Positions 11,174 through 23,037 of a stretch of 64,000 bases of DNA are shown piece after piece; positions within the stretch are counted from its first letter, which is position 1; every line of letters starts with the position of its first letter. The stretch is from positions 4,150 to 68,149 of the forward strand of contig JAQWTH010000028.1 in the NCBI GenBank assembly GCA_029242795.1. The letters are read 5' to 3'. Position numbers and translations under genes: made by a program. Below the pieces are notes generated by a model. The model saw nothing but the letters and a program-made list of their open reading frames with translations, had not been told where the DNA came from and did not search any database. The DNA is from Candidatus Pelagibacterales bacterium. Lineage in GTDB: Bacteria; Pseudomonadota; Alphaproteobacteria; Pelagibacterales; AG-422-B15.

Positions 11174-11923
11174 TTAATGATGCGGATGTAATGCATCATT
11201 AAGATAAATACATGTTAAAATTGTGAAAATATATGCCTGTAAAAAAGCAATGAATACTTCCAATGCATAAATTGCAACGAGGCCTGCAAGAGGTATTATT
11301 CCGAAGAATCCCATCATCACGATAAATCCTGCAAATATCTTTATTATACTATGTCCCGCCAACATATTTGCCATTAATCGAACAGATAGACTTACAGGCT
11401 TAGTTAGATACGAGATTATTTCGATGGGAATGATAATAGGGGCCATATAAACAGGAACCCCCTTGGGATAAAACATTCTTAGGTATCCCAGACCATTCTT
11501 TACAAATCCAATAAGAGTTACGCCAATGAAAATTAAACCTGCAAAAGCAAATGTTACGATAATATGGCTTGTTACAGTAAACGTGTAGGGTATTAGGCCA
11601 ATTAAATTACAGAAAAAAATGAACATGAATAAGGTAAAAACGAATGGAAAATAATCTCTGCCTTGCTCACCCACATTGGCACGCAGCAGGTTGGCTATAA
11701 AATTATATGAAAGTTCACATATCATTTGAAATCGATTTGGTATGATTGATCGTTTAGAAAGTCCTAACATAAATAAAAACATGATTGCGATTGTGGTAAT
11801 CACCATGAATTGAGACGAATTTGTGAATGAAATATCTATATTACCAATTTTAATATCTGCTAATTTTGAGATTGCAAATTGGTGAATTGGATCTATTAAA
11901 TTAGGTTCTTTTGCTGACGCCAT
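11174..11923 (-). CDS. atpB: F0F1 ATP synthase subunit a
   Basis: Polytopic, with LSVRLMANMLAGH (essential Arg) and a DPIHQF N-terminus. The ORF track begins at 11971 and overlaps atpI. I prefer ATG 11923 (MASAKEPNLIDPIHQF). Confidence 0.92.
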   Translation of the reverse strand: MASAKEPNLIDPIHQFAISKLADIKIGNIDISFTNSSQFMVITTIAIMFLFMLGLSKRSIIPNRFQMICELSYNFIANLLRANVGEQGRDYFPFVFTLFMFIFFCNLIGLIPYTFTVTSHIIVTFAFAGLIFIGVTLIGFVKNGLGYLRMFYPKGVPVYMAPIIIPIEIISYLTKPVSLSVRLMANMLAGHSIIKIFAGFIVMMGFFGIIPLAGLVAIYALEVFIAFLQAYIFTILTCIYLNDALHPHH

Positions 11924-11933
11924 CGCGTAATTT

Positions 11934-12224
11934 TTAGTGATTTTGCATTGATTTTGCAACCCTAAAAACATTTAAAATTCCAGCACAACCCCCTAGTAAA
12001 AAGAAGATAATGATGAATAAAGGGCGTGTATTAAAAAAGTTGTCCAATAATATTCCAATACCAACCCCAATGCCCACAGCTGCGACAATTTCTACCGTTA
12101 ATTTCATTACTTTTCCAAGTTGAGATGGCGGAATACTTGAATGACTGTCTGACTGATTCTTTGATTTGGCGGCTTCTATTTTTTGATTAAGCTGGTTTAG
12201 TTTGTGCTCATCATCTTGCATCAA
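11934..12224 (-). CDS. atpI: ATP synthase protein I (AtpI/AtpR-like small membrane protein)
   Basis: 96 aa with a polar N-terminus and two TM helices (VAAVGIGVGIGILLD, GGCAGILNVFR). It is the first gene of the F0 operon. Confidence 0.72.
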   Translation of the reverse strand: MMQDDEHKLNQLNQKIEAAKSKNQSDSHSSIPPSQLGKVMKLTVEIVAAVGIGVGIGILLDNFFNTRPLFIIIFFLLGGCAGILNVFRVAKSMQNH

Positions 12225-14815
12225 GCGACAGCACCTATTTCTTCAGCTTTTTTGAGGTCAACAGATACTATTTGGCTTACACCTCTTTCTGCCATGGTAA
12301 CACCGAATAGTCTATCCATTCGGGACATGGTAAGAGCATGGTGCGTAATAATTAAAAATTTTGTATTAGTTTTATCAGCTATATCATCAAGTAAATTACA
12401 AAAACGCTCAACATTTGCATCGTCAAGTGGAGCGTCAACCTCATCAAGAACGCATATTGGAGATGGATTAGTTAAAAATACTGCAAAAATAAGAGACATT
12501 GCAGTCAAGGCCTGTTCTCCTCCTGAGAGAAGTGACATTGATTGTAATTTTTTACCAGGAGGGCTAACCATCATTTCTAATCCAGCTTCGAGAGGATCAT
12601 CTGAGTCAACAAGCTCTAAGTGTGCTTTACCACCATTGAATAATTGAACAAACACATCCTTGAAATGATTATTTACAACATCAAATGCTTTAAGAAGTCT
12701 TGTCCTTCCTTCTTTATTTAACTCTTCAATTGACTCTCTCATTTTTTTTATCGCAGTTTCAAGATCTGTCTTTTCGCTATTCATTCTTTCTAATTCTTGC
12801 TCAATCTCCTTTGTTTCCAGATCAGCTCTTAAGTTAACAACCCCAAGAGTATCTCTTTGTTGTTTTAATCTTTCCAGTCTTGTTTCATTACGTTCAAAAT
12901 TATTTTGCAAAGTTTCTAAATCTTCTGAAATCGATAATTTAGTTATTATTGAGTCTGGCTTACAATTATATTTTTCAATGGACTCAGACTCTAATTCAGA
13001 AAGTCTGCTCTCTGCCAACTCTTTTGTTGCTTCGGTTCTTCCTTTTGACTCCCTTACGTTAGCAAGATCATTTTGAGCTTTTCTAAGTTTGTTTTCATAT
13101 TTTTTTAATTCATTATCAGCCTCTGCCAATCTATCGGCGGCATATTGTCTTTCAGTTTCAGCAAAGCCCTTAGTTTCAATAAGTTGACCTCTTTTTTGAG
13201 CAATTTCTTCAGGCCTGTTTATAATTTTTTTTAATTCTTCTTCTGATTTTAAGCGTCTTTGCTTTAATTCATTTATTTGATTTTTTGAAGATTGAATATT
13301 CTTACTAAGTCTTTGGTACTCATAATTCCAATCACTATGTTTTTCTTCAACATCTTTTTGTCTAAGATCCTCTCTTAGTTGCATTGACATGGTTACAGCA
13401 TCTTTAGCATCGTTACTTGCCTTATCATAAGATCTTCGAGAGTCAGCTGAAAGCTCTTCTGCCTTGATAACCTTTTCTGATATTTCTGATAGATTGCTGT
13501 AAAATTTTTGTGAAAAGATTTGAGTCCATTTGTTAGGGTCATCGTAACCTTCTACTTCTTTTAAAGTTGACTCTCTTGATTTTAGATTTTCTTCACTTAT
13601 GAGGGCTTTTTGCCACTCATCTCTTTTGGATTGTTTAATCGAATTGTATTTTTCAATATTTTCTTCTAGTTCGTCTATTTGATCTTCAAGCTGTTTTTTT
13701 TCTTCTTTTACATTATTTATCTGTTCATTATCAAAGTTATCTATACTGATTTCTGCAGTTAAATCACCTTTTTTGACATTAAGAGCATCTAAATCTCTTA
13801 GTGCGTTCTCTAATTGATATTGTTCTCTTTCATAGTCCCCTATGTTTTGCTGAATAGTTTGTTCAAGTGATTTTTTTAGTTCCTTAATTCTTTCTTCTTC
13901 TTTATCCAGACTTTCTCTTTCAAGGTTAATTCTATTTAATTTTGCAGCAGCTTCTATTTCCTTTTCCCTTAATGGCTGGATCTTTTCGTTAGCCTTGGCT
14001 TGATCATTGGTTGCTTGGCTTACCTCAAGAGTATATTTTTGGATTAGTTGTTCACTTGATCTTAAGTCAGTATCGGATTTTTCAAATGACTCTTTTAAGC
14101 TGTACCATTTTAAATATGTAACTATGCCTTCCAAGCGAGTAATTTCTTCTGAAATTGATTTATAGGCTTCAGCTTGCTTAGCTTGTTTCTGAAGATTGTT
14201 AATCTGAGTATTTAACTGCCTCATAATATCTTTTAGCCTCTGCAGATTACTTTCAGCACCTTTTAACTTAAGCTCTGCCTCATGTCTTCGCGAATGCAAT
14301 CCAGAAATTCCAGCCGCTTCTTCTAGTACTGCTCTACGGTCAATTGGCTTGGCATTGATTAAGGCGCCAACTCTTCCCTGACTAATTAGAGAAGGTGAAT
14401 GTGCGCCGGTTGAGAGATCTGCAAAAAGTCGTTGAACATCTCTTGCTCTAACTTCTTTTCCATTTATTCGATACTCTGATCCTCTTTCAATTTCTATTTT
14501 TCTTCTAATCTGAATTTCTTCATCATTATTAAATTCAGCTGGTGCATTTCTATCTTTATTGTCTAGAAAGATGGTTACTTCAGCGTTATTCCTAGCTGGC
14601 CTATCTGATGTACCAGAAAAAATAACATCTTCCATTCCAGAGCTCCTCATGCTTTTCGGCGATGTTTCACCCATACACCATCTTAAGGATTCAACTACAT
14701 TTGATTTACCACATCCGTTAGGACCTACAATACCAGTTAGACCCTCTTCAATGTCAATATCTGTTTGATCTACAAAACTTTTAAATCCTAAAATTTTTAT
14801 TTTTTTAAATTTCAT
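12221..14815 (-). CDS. smc: SMC-type chromosome partition ATPase, short form without recognisable hinge
   Basis: 864 aa. Walker A GPNGCGKSN, RRAVLEEAAGISGLHSRRHEAELKL, signature LSGGEQ, Walker B VLDEVDAPLD, and ITHH are present. The roughly 530 aa between the head halves read as continuous charged heptad-like sequence. Confidence 0.85.
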   Translation of the reverse strand: MKFKKIKILGFKSFVDQTDIDIEEGLTGIVGPNGCGKSNVVESLRWCMGETSPKSMRSSGMEDVIFSGTSDRPARNNAEVTIFLDNKDRNAPAEFNNDEEIQIRRKIEIERGSEYRINGKEVRARDVQRLFADLSTGAHSPSLISQGRVGALINAKPIDRRAVLEEAAGISGLHSRRHEAELKLKGAESNLQRLKDIMRQLNTQINNLQKQAKQAEAYKSISEEITRLEGIVTYLKWYSLKESFEKSDTDLRSSEQLIQKYTLEVSQATNDQAKANEKIQPLREKEIEAAAKLNRINLERESLDKEEERIKELKKSLEQTIQQNIGDYEREQYQLENALRDLDALNVKKGDLTAEISIDNFDNEQINNVKEEKKQLEDQIDELEENIEKYNSIKQSKRDEWQKALISEENLKSRESTLKEVEGYDDPNKWTQIFSQKFYSNLSEISEKVIKAEELSADSRRSYDKASNDAKDAVTMSMQLREDLRQKDVEEKHSDWNYEYQRLSKNIQSSKNQINELKQRRLKSEEELKKIINRPEEIAQKRGQLIETKGFAETERQYAADRLAEADNELKKYENKLRKAQNDLANVRESKGRTEATKELAESRLSELESESIEKYNCKPDSIITKLSISEDLETLQNNFERNETRLERLKQQRDTLGVVNLRADLETKEIEQELERMNSEKTDLETAIKKMRESIEELNKEGRTRLLKAFDVVNNHFKDVFVQLFNGGKAHLELVDSDDPLEAGLEMMVSPPGKKLQSMSLLSGGEQALTAMSLIFAVFLTNPSPICVLDEVDAPLDDANVERFCNLLDDIADKTNTKFLIITHHALTMSRMDRLFGVTMAERGVSQIVSVDLKKAEEIGAVA

Positions 14816-14818
14816 AAA

Positions 14819-15436
14819 TTAATTCAAAAGTTTTTCAAATTTTGAGAATGGCATATTTCCTGAATGAACTTCACCATTGATAATAAATGATGGTGTAGAT
14901 TGTATATTAAATTGTTTAGTACCATCCACCCTCATAGATAATATCCATTCTTCTAATTCTTTATCATTGAGGATATCGTTAAACGTTTCTTCAGAAAGTC
15001 CATAAAGGAGAGCATATTTCTTGAGAGCATTAGTACTATTTTCTAAAATTTTATTAGAGTCATTTGTTAATAGCCACTTATTTTGATCTCTAAAGAGCAT
15101 TTTATCGAGTGATAAGAAATCTTTCTCTTCAATTGAATTAAGTAGTTTGAATGCATTCAGATCAACAGCATTTAAAACAAAAGGTCTAAATTCAAATTTC
15201 ACCTTACCAGTTTGAATATATTTCTCATCCAATTCAGGAAAAACATCATTTGCAAAATCCGCACAATGACTGCAGGTGAGTGACCTATACTCAATAATAG
15301 TTATTGGAGCATCGGGACTACCAATTTCAAAACCTTTTAACTCTTTCTTTGCATATGCATTTTGTAACGAAAATAAAAAAATTAGAGAACATATGACTAT
15401 AAAGCATGATTTCAGTAAATTTTTTATGAAGCCCAT
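14819..15436 (-). CDS. DsbA-family thiol:disulfide oxidoreductase (periplasmic)
   Basis: Signal peptide MGFIKNLLKSCFIVICSLIFLFSLQNAYA and active site CSHC. The ORF track uses GTG 15466. I prefer ATG 15436. Confidence 0.78.
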   Translation of the reverse strand: MGFIKNLLKSCFIVICSLIFLFSLQNAYAKKELKGFEIGSPDAPITIIEYRSLTCSHCADFANDVFPELDEKYIQTGKVKFEFRPFVLNAVDLNAFKLLNSIEEKDFLSLDKMLFRDQNKWLLTNDSNKILENSTNALKKYALLYGLSEETFNDILNDKELEEWILSMRVDGTKQFNIQSTPSFIINGEVHSGNMPFSKFEKLLN

Positions 15437-15471
15437 ATTTAGTACTAAATTAAAATAAGTTAACACAATAT

Positions 15472-15487
15472 ATTGATTATAATCAAT
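15472..15487. promoter_or_regulatory. perfect 16-bp palindrome ATTGATTATAATCAAT upstream of the dsbA-like gene
   Basis: Read directly. It contains TATAAT on both strands and lies 36-51 nt upstream of the preferred ATG (15436) of the minus-strand dsbA-like gene. Confidence 0.3.
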
Positions 15488-15550
15488 TTTTTTGCGTTTT
15501 ATAGCAGTTTTTTAATACTGTAAATTTATATCTTCCAACTTTGTTGAAAA

Positions 15551-16018
15551 TTAAGTCTTAGAAATTTTTTTTGATATTTTTTCAAAAGCTTCTTTTAATC
15601 TTGGATGATTTTCTAATTGATTAAAGCTTTTACTTTGTTTCTTAGGCAATTTATCTAACTTATTGTTATTATTGTTTTCTATATCATTTGTAGCAAATCG
15701 ATCCTGTATGATCGTTATTTTTTCGACTGCATTATATCCAAAATAAGAATTTATTTTTCGCTTTATTATATCTTTATCATGTTCAAACCCGAAGGCGTTA
15801 CTTGGATCAACTTTGACAACTAGATTCGCGCCATTATTGCTCTTACCTGATTTAAGCTTAATCGGTAGGGAAGTATTTATGTACTTTTTATCCACAATAT
15901 TGATCCAATTTTTAAGTAATTCTAACTCAAAAAAACCCCTTTTGCGGAGTAGACTCTTTACTTCTTTTGGAAAAAAATTTGATACTGATCTTAAACCACT
16001 ATATTTTTTATTACTCAT
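15551..16018 (-). CDS. DUF721-family protein
   Basis: 155 aa. The L..W..IV... V..GxL.V motif pattern fits the family. A position divergent from mutY is the conserved one for DUF721 in alphaproteobacteria (recalled). Confidence 0.6.
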   Translation of the reverse strand: MSNKKYSGLRSVSNFFPKEVKSLLRKRGFFELELLKNWINIVDKKYINTSLPIKLKSGKSNNGANLVVKVDPSNAFGFEHDKDIIKRKINSYFGYNAVEKITIIQDRFATNDIENNNNNKLDKLPKKQSKSFNQLENHPRLKEAFEKISKKISKT

Positions 16019-16032
16019 CTGGAAAAAACTTT

Positions 16033-18251
<2,219 letters not shown>

Positions 18252-18270
18252 AATAAGTTACATGAATTAC

Positions 18271-18873
18271 TTAATTCAATATGTTGTATATTGGCTTGAA
18301 AGAAGTGCGATGTATAGGGGTTACACCTAATTTTTTGATGGCCTCTAAATGTTCTTTTGTTCCATACCCAGAGTTTTTTTCCCAGAGATATCCAGGATAC
18401 TTTTTTGAATATTCAGTCATTAAATTATCTCTATAAACTTTTGCAACTATTGACGCCGCAGCGATTGATAATGACTTGTTGTCACCTTTAACAATTGGTT
18501 TTGCATTAATATTTATATCAGGAACATAGTTTCCATCAATAAGAACGATATTTGGTTTTTTGTTCAAACCTTCAACTGCTCTCTTCATGGCCAGCAAAGA
18601 AGCCTTGAGAATATTAATTTTATCTATTTCGTTTGAAGTTGAATATCCAATTGAAACAATAGATGTTTCTAAAATATATTTACTAATTAATTCTCTATTT
18701 TTTTTTGAAATTTTTTTTGAGTCTTTAATTCCATTCGGTATATTTTTATAATCAAGTATAACTGCTGCCGCTACTACTGGACCCGCTAGCGTTCCTCTTC
18801 CTACCTCATCAACGCCAGCTATCGGATGGTTAAAATTATTATCAAAATCAATTAATGGTAGATTAAGACTCAC
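18271..18873 (-). CDS. rnhB: ribonuclease HII
   Basis: 200 aa with GVDEVGRGTLAGPVVAAAV, DSKK and the LIDG catalytic motifs. Confidence 0.94.
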   Translation of the reverse strand: MSLNLPLIDFDNNFNHPIAGVDEVGRGTLAGPVVAAAVILDYKNIPNGIKDSKKISKKNRELISKYILETSIVSIGYSTSNEIDKINILKASLLAMKRAVEGLNKKPNIVLIDGNYVPDININAKPIVKGDNKSLSIAAASIVAKVYRDNLMTEYSKKYPGYLWEKNSGYGTKEHLEAIKKLGVTPIHRTSFKPIYNILN

Positions 18874-19622
18874 TTTTGTTTAATTTTATCCCTTAAACTT
18901 TGCAAATCAGTCCATACATGTTTTTTCTGACCAGGTTGTCTTAAAAGAAATGCTGGGTGAAATGTTGGCATTGTCGGAATGGTCATTTGATTAATTTTCA
19001 AGTCGACCCACTTACCTCTTATTTTAGATATACCTTCCTTATTTCTTAAAATAGCAAATGTGGCTGTGCTACCAAGAAGCATTAATGCAGATGGTTTTAT
19101 AATTTCAATATGTTTTAGTATGAACGGAAGGCAACTATTAATTTCATCATCAGTAGGCCTTCTATTTGCTGGAGGTCTCCAAGGTATTATATTAGCGATA
19201 TAAACTTTCTCACGATTAAGATCTATAGCCTCTAACATCTTATCAAGCAACTTGCCACTTCTTCCAACAAATGGCTTTGCCTGAAGATCCTCATCATGGC
19301 CCGGTGCTTCACCGATAAGCATAATTTTTGACTTTGGATTTCCATCAGAAAAAACCATATTTGTTGCACTTTTATATAATTGACATCCCTGAAAAGCTGA
19401 CATTTTATCTCTTAATTCTTCGAGCGTATTAATTTCTTCAAGGTTTATTTCTTCAGAAACTTTTGTCGAATTCAATTCATCTGATTTTTTCAATTTTTTT
19501 GATACATAATCCTTTTTTTTCATAATTCGGTTCTTTGGACTTGAGGATATTAGCTCATCAACTCCACTTTCTTTATATAAATTTAGTAAGTTTAACGTAT
19601 TTTTAATAGATGTTTTGTTCAT
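18870..19622 (-). CDS. uracil-DNA glycosylase, family 4-like with N-terminal extension
   Basis: 250 aa with GEAPGHDED, FVGRSGKLL, IIPWRPP and FHPAFLLR motifs. Confidence 0.85.
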   Translation of the reverse strand: MNKTSIKNTLNLLNLYKESGVDELISSSPKNRIMKKKDYVSKKLKKSDELNSTKVSEEINLEEINTLEELRDKMSAFQGCQLYKSATNMVFSDGNPKSKIMLIGEAPGHDEDLQAKPFVGRSGKLLDKMLEAIDLNREKVYIANIIPWRPPANRRPTDDEINSCLPFILKHIEIIKPSALMLLGSTATFAILRNKEGISKIRGKWVDLKINQMTIPTMPTFHPAFLLRQPGQKKHVWTDLQSLRDKIKQK

Positions 19623-19698
19623 AAGCCTGTTTAAATAGTGTTTGAATTATAATATCAATAAACTAAATATATAGAGATAATTTAGAATTTAATAAAAA

Positions 19699-21348
19699 AT
19701 GGATACCAATATGCAACGCGAATCTATGGAATATGATGTTGTTATTGTTGGTGCTGGGCCAGCTGGTTTGGCGAATGCGATAAAACTTAAACAACTCAAT
19801 CCCGAATTAAATGTATGTATAGTTGAAAAAGCATCAGAGGTTGGTGGCCATATACTCAGTGGCAATGTATTTGAGACTAAAGCGCTTGATGAACTTCTTC
19901 CTGACTGGAAGAATATGGATGGATGTCCAATTAAAACTAAAGTAGTTAGAGAAAAATTCCTTTTTTTATTATCTGATAAAATTAGCTTTAGTTGGCCTGC
20001 TTGGCTATTACCTCCCGTTCAGCACAACAAAGGAAATTATATCATAAGCTTGGCAAATCTTTGCCGATGGCTGGGTCAAACTGCTGAAAATCTTGGTGTT
20101 GAGATTTATCCTGGTTTCGCTGCTTCAGAAGTTTTATTTAATGATGACAACTCTGTGAAAGGTGTTGCTACAAATGATATGGGCATTGATATTAATGGTG
20201 AGAAAAAAGACACTTATGAACCAGGTATTGAGTTACATGCTAAAGTAACTGTATTTGCTGAAGGCTGCAGAGGTCATTTAGGAAAACAATTAATTAAGAA
20301 GTACGAATTGGATAAAGATTCTGATCCCCAACAATATGGAATTGGGCTAAAAGAAATATGGGAAGTTCCTGATGACAATCATGATGAAGGACTTATTCTA
20401 CATTCTGCAGGATGGCCTTTAGACAATAATACCTATGGTGGTAGCTTTGTTTACCATGCCGCTAATAATCAAATCTATATGGGATATGTAGTTGGCTTAG
20501 ATTATAAAAATCCTTATTTATCTCCATTTGAAGAATTTCAAAGATTCAAAACTCATCCAAGTATTAAAAAAATGATCGAAGGGGGCAAGCGAATTTCTTA
20601 TGGAGCCAGAGCTTTAATTGAAGGGGGCGTTCAAAGTCTTCCAAAAATGTTTATGCCAGGAGCCTTACTTATAGGGTGTGATGCAGGCACCTTAAACATG
20701 CCTAAGATTAAAGGATCACACACAGCAATGAAAAGCGGAATTATTGGCGCAGAAGCAATTGATGAATATTTAAAAGATAATTTAAGTTCTTTAGATAACT
20801 TTGAAAATAAATTTAGGAATAGTTGGGCATATAAAGAGCTTCATGCCGCTCGAAATGTAAAACCATTTATTACTAAATTTGGTCTTCTCATTGGAACTGT
20901 TCTTACGGGCATAGATCAAATATTCTTTAGAGGAAAGTTGCCATTTACATTGAATCATTCTCATGCTGATCATGAGACACTAATGCCTGCAAGCAAATGT
21001 AAAAAAATTGAATACCCAAAACCTGACGGAAGGATTACTTTTGATAGAGCTAGTTCTGTCTTCTTAACTGGTACGTATCATGCAGAAAATCAACCAGTTC
21101 ATTTAGTATTGGAAGATAAAAATCTGCCCATAGATTACACATTAGAAAAATTTGATGAACCTGCTCAACGTTACTGCCCTGCTGGTGTTTATGAAGTTCA
21201 CAAAGATGATGACGGCAGTAACCCTAAATTTGTTATTAATAGTCAAAATTGTATCCATTGTAAGACTTGTGATATCAAGGAGCCATCTCAAAATATAAAT
21301 TGGATAACACCTGAAGGAAGTGGTGGCCCAAAATATTCAAATATGTAA
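19699..21348 (+). CDS. electron-transfer flavoprotein:ubiquinone oxidoreductase
   Basis: 549 aa with FAD fold VVIVGAGPAGL and a C-terminal 4Fe-4S region CPAGVYE...NCIHCKTCDIK. Confidence 0.93.
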   Translation: MDTNMQRESMEYDVVIVGAGPAGLANAIKLKQLNPELNVCIVEKASEVGGHILSGNVFETKALDELLPDWKNMDGCPIKTKVVREKFLFLLSDKISFSWPAWLLPPVQHNKGNYIISLANLCRWLGQTAENLGVEIYPGFAASEVLFNDDNSVKGVATNDMGIDINGEKKDTYEPGIELHAKVTVFAEGCRGHLGKQLIKKYELDKDSDPQQYGIGLKEIWEVPDDNHDEGLILHSAGWPLDNNTYGGSFVYHAANNQIYMGYVVGLDYKNPYLSPFEEFQRFKTHPSIKKMIEGGKRISYGARALIEGGVQSLPKMFMPGALLIGCDAGTLNMPKIKGSHTAMKSGIIGAEAIDEYLKDNLSSLDNFENKFRNSWAYKELHAARNVKPFITKFGLLIGTVLTGIDQIFFRGKLPFTLNHSHADHETLMPASKCKKIEYPKPDGRITFDRASSVFLTGTYHAENQPVHLVLEDKNLPIDYTLEKFDEPAQRYCPAGVYEVHKDDDGSNPKFVINSQNCIHCKTCDIKEPSQNINWITPEGSGGPKYSNM

Positions 21349-21360
21349 TGATGTCTATTA

Positions 21361-23034
21361 GTGAATAAAAAAGCTATTTATATTTCCATTATATTTTTTT
21401 TAATTTCTTTAAATCATAGTTTCGCTTTTTTTTCAGTTGGAAATAGCTCTAATTCAGGTGAGTATTTAATTGCTAATATTTCAATCAATATTAATGATTA
21501 CGATACATCATATGAATATCTTAAAAAAGTTCATAGTATAAATCCATATAAACAAGAAACCCTTGAAAAATTAATTTTCATTGAAGCAATGAAAGGCAAC
21601 TTATCTGCGGCTAATAAATATGCTGAAAAAATATTACAATTAGAATGTGTTCAGAATCTTAATCAAAGATGTAGAAATAATATCGAATTTCAAGCTCAAT
21701 TAGTTAAAGGCATTTTTAATCTTTCTAATAGAAACCCTGAAGATGCATCAAAAAATTTTAATAATTTTACTCTAAAAAATGTTAACCACATAAATTTTGC
21801 TCGAATTCTAAAGGCTTGGAGTTGGGCCAACAAGAAAAATTTTAATAAAAGCATTGAGTTGATTGATTCAATAAACTCTAACGATTATCAATTTATAACA
21901 ATTTTTCATAAGGCGCTAATTTATGATCTGGCTAATGAGGCAGAATTAGCAGAAATATATTTCGATCAATCTTTAGTTCTCAATAGTGAAATATATATAA
22001 TAAATCTCTATTTAAGTTTTCTTGATAGAAACAATAAAATAGAAAAGAAAAAGCAAATAATTGAGCAGTATTTATCAGGATATGATCAAGATTTAATAAA
22101 AAAACTTACACGATATAAGCCTCAAAGAATAATCAGTAGTGAAATAGATGGTATATCAGTAGCCTTATTCAATACATATGAATTATTGACAGATATAAAT
22201 GATAATCAAAAGTTTTTTATCATGAATTTAACTTCAGCAATTTCAGATACCTTTATAGAAAATAAGTTTGTACTTGCAGATACCTTTATTTCTCTATCTG
22301 ATTATAAAACTGCTATTAAAATATTTAAGAGCATTCCATCGGATAATTATCTTTCTGAAATAACAGCATTAAAAATAGTTAATATTCATTCTATGAGTGG
22401 AGATAATCAAAAAGCAGAAGACTATTTAACAAATAATGATTTGCTAAAAAATAGTTTTCAAGGGCTTATTACTCTAGGAAACTTACATAGATATGAGTCT
22501 CGATGGGACGCAGCGATAGATACGTATATAAAAGCTATTGAAAAAAAGAAAAATGATACAAATTTCAACTTATGGGATGCATATTATAAAATTGGGGTAT
22601 CATATGAAAGAAAAAAGGATTGGAAAAAAGCAGAGGAATATCTCTTAAAAGCATTACACTATTCAAGTTTTCAGCCTGATGTTCTTAATTATTTAGGATA
22701 TACATATTTAGATTTAAACATCACTTCAAAATTTGAAGATGCCAGAAAAATGCTTGAAGAAGCACTTAAACAAAAACCTGATGATGCTTATATTTTGGAT
22801 AGTATGGCATGGTATTATTTTAAAGTTGGTAGGTTCAATGAATCATTACAATTATTTGAATATGCGATTTTGATTGATCCAAGTGATCCAACGATCAATG
22901 ATCATTTTGGAGATGTTTTATGGAAGGTAGGAAAATTTTCTCAAGCTAGATACCAATGGCAAAAAGCTCTCGATATTAACGAAGATAAAGTTGCTTCTGA
23001 GAGAATAAGAGAAAAACTTATTCTTGGACTTTAA
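21361..23034 (+). CDS. secreted TPR-repeat protein
   Basis: 557 aa with a GTG start and signal-like N-terminus. The C-terminal third has clear TPR units (WDAYYKIGVSYERKKDWKKAEEYLLKAL..., AYILDSMAWYYFKVGRFNESL). It lies upstream of ispE. Confidence 0.6.
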   Translation: MNKKAIYISIIFFLISLNHSFAFFSVGNSSNSGEYLIANISININDYDTSYEYLKKVHSINPYKQETLEKLIFIEAMKGNLSAANKYAEKILQLECVQNLNQRCRNNIEFQAQLVKGIFNLSNRNPEDASKNFNNFTLKNVNHINFARILKAWSWANKKNFNKSIELIDSINSNDYQFITIFHKALIYDLANEAELAEIYFDQSLVLNSEIYIINLYLSFLDRNNKIEKKKQIIEQYLSGYDQDLIKKLTRYKPQRIISSEIDGISVALFNTYELLTDINDNQKFFIMNLTSAISDTFIENKFVLADTFISLSDYKTAIKIFKSIPSDNYLSEITALKIVNIHSMSGDNQKAEDYLTNNDLLKNSFQGLITLGNLHRYESRWDAAIDTYIKAIEKKKNDTNFNLWDAYYKIGVSYERKKDWKKAEEYLLKALHYSSFQPDVLNYLGYTYLDLNITSKFEDARKMLEEALKQKPDDAYILDSMAWYYFKVGRFNESLQLFEYAILIDPSDPTINDHFGDVLWKVGKFSQARYQWQKALDINEDKVASERIREKLILGL

Positions 23035-23037
23035 TAA

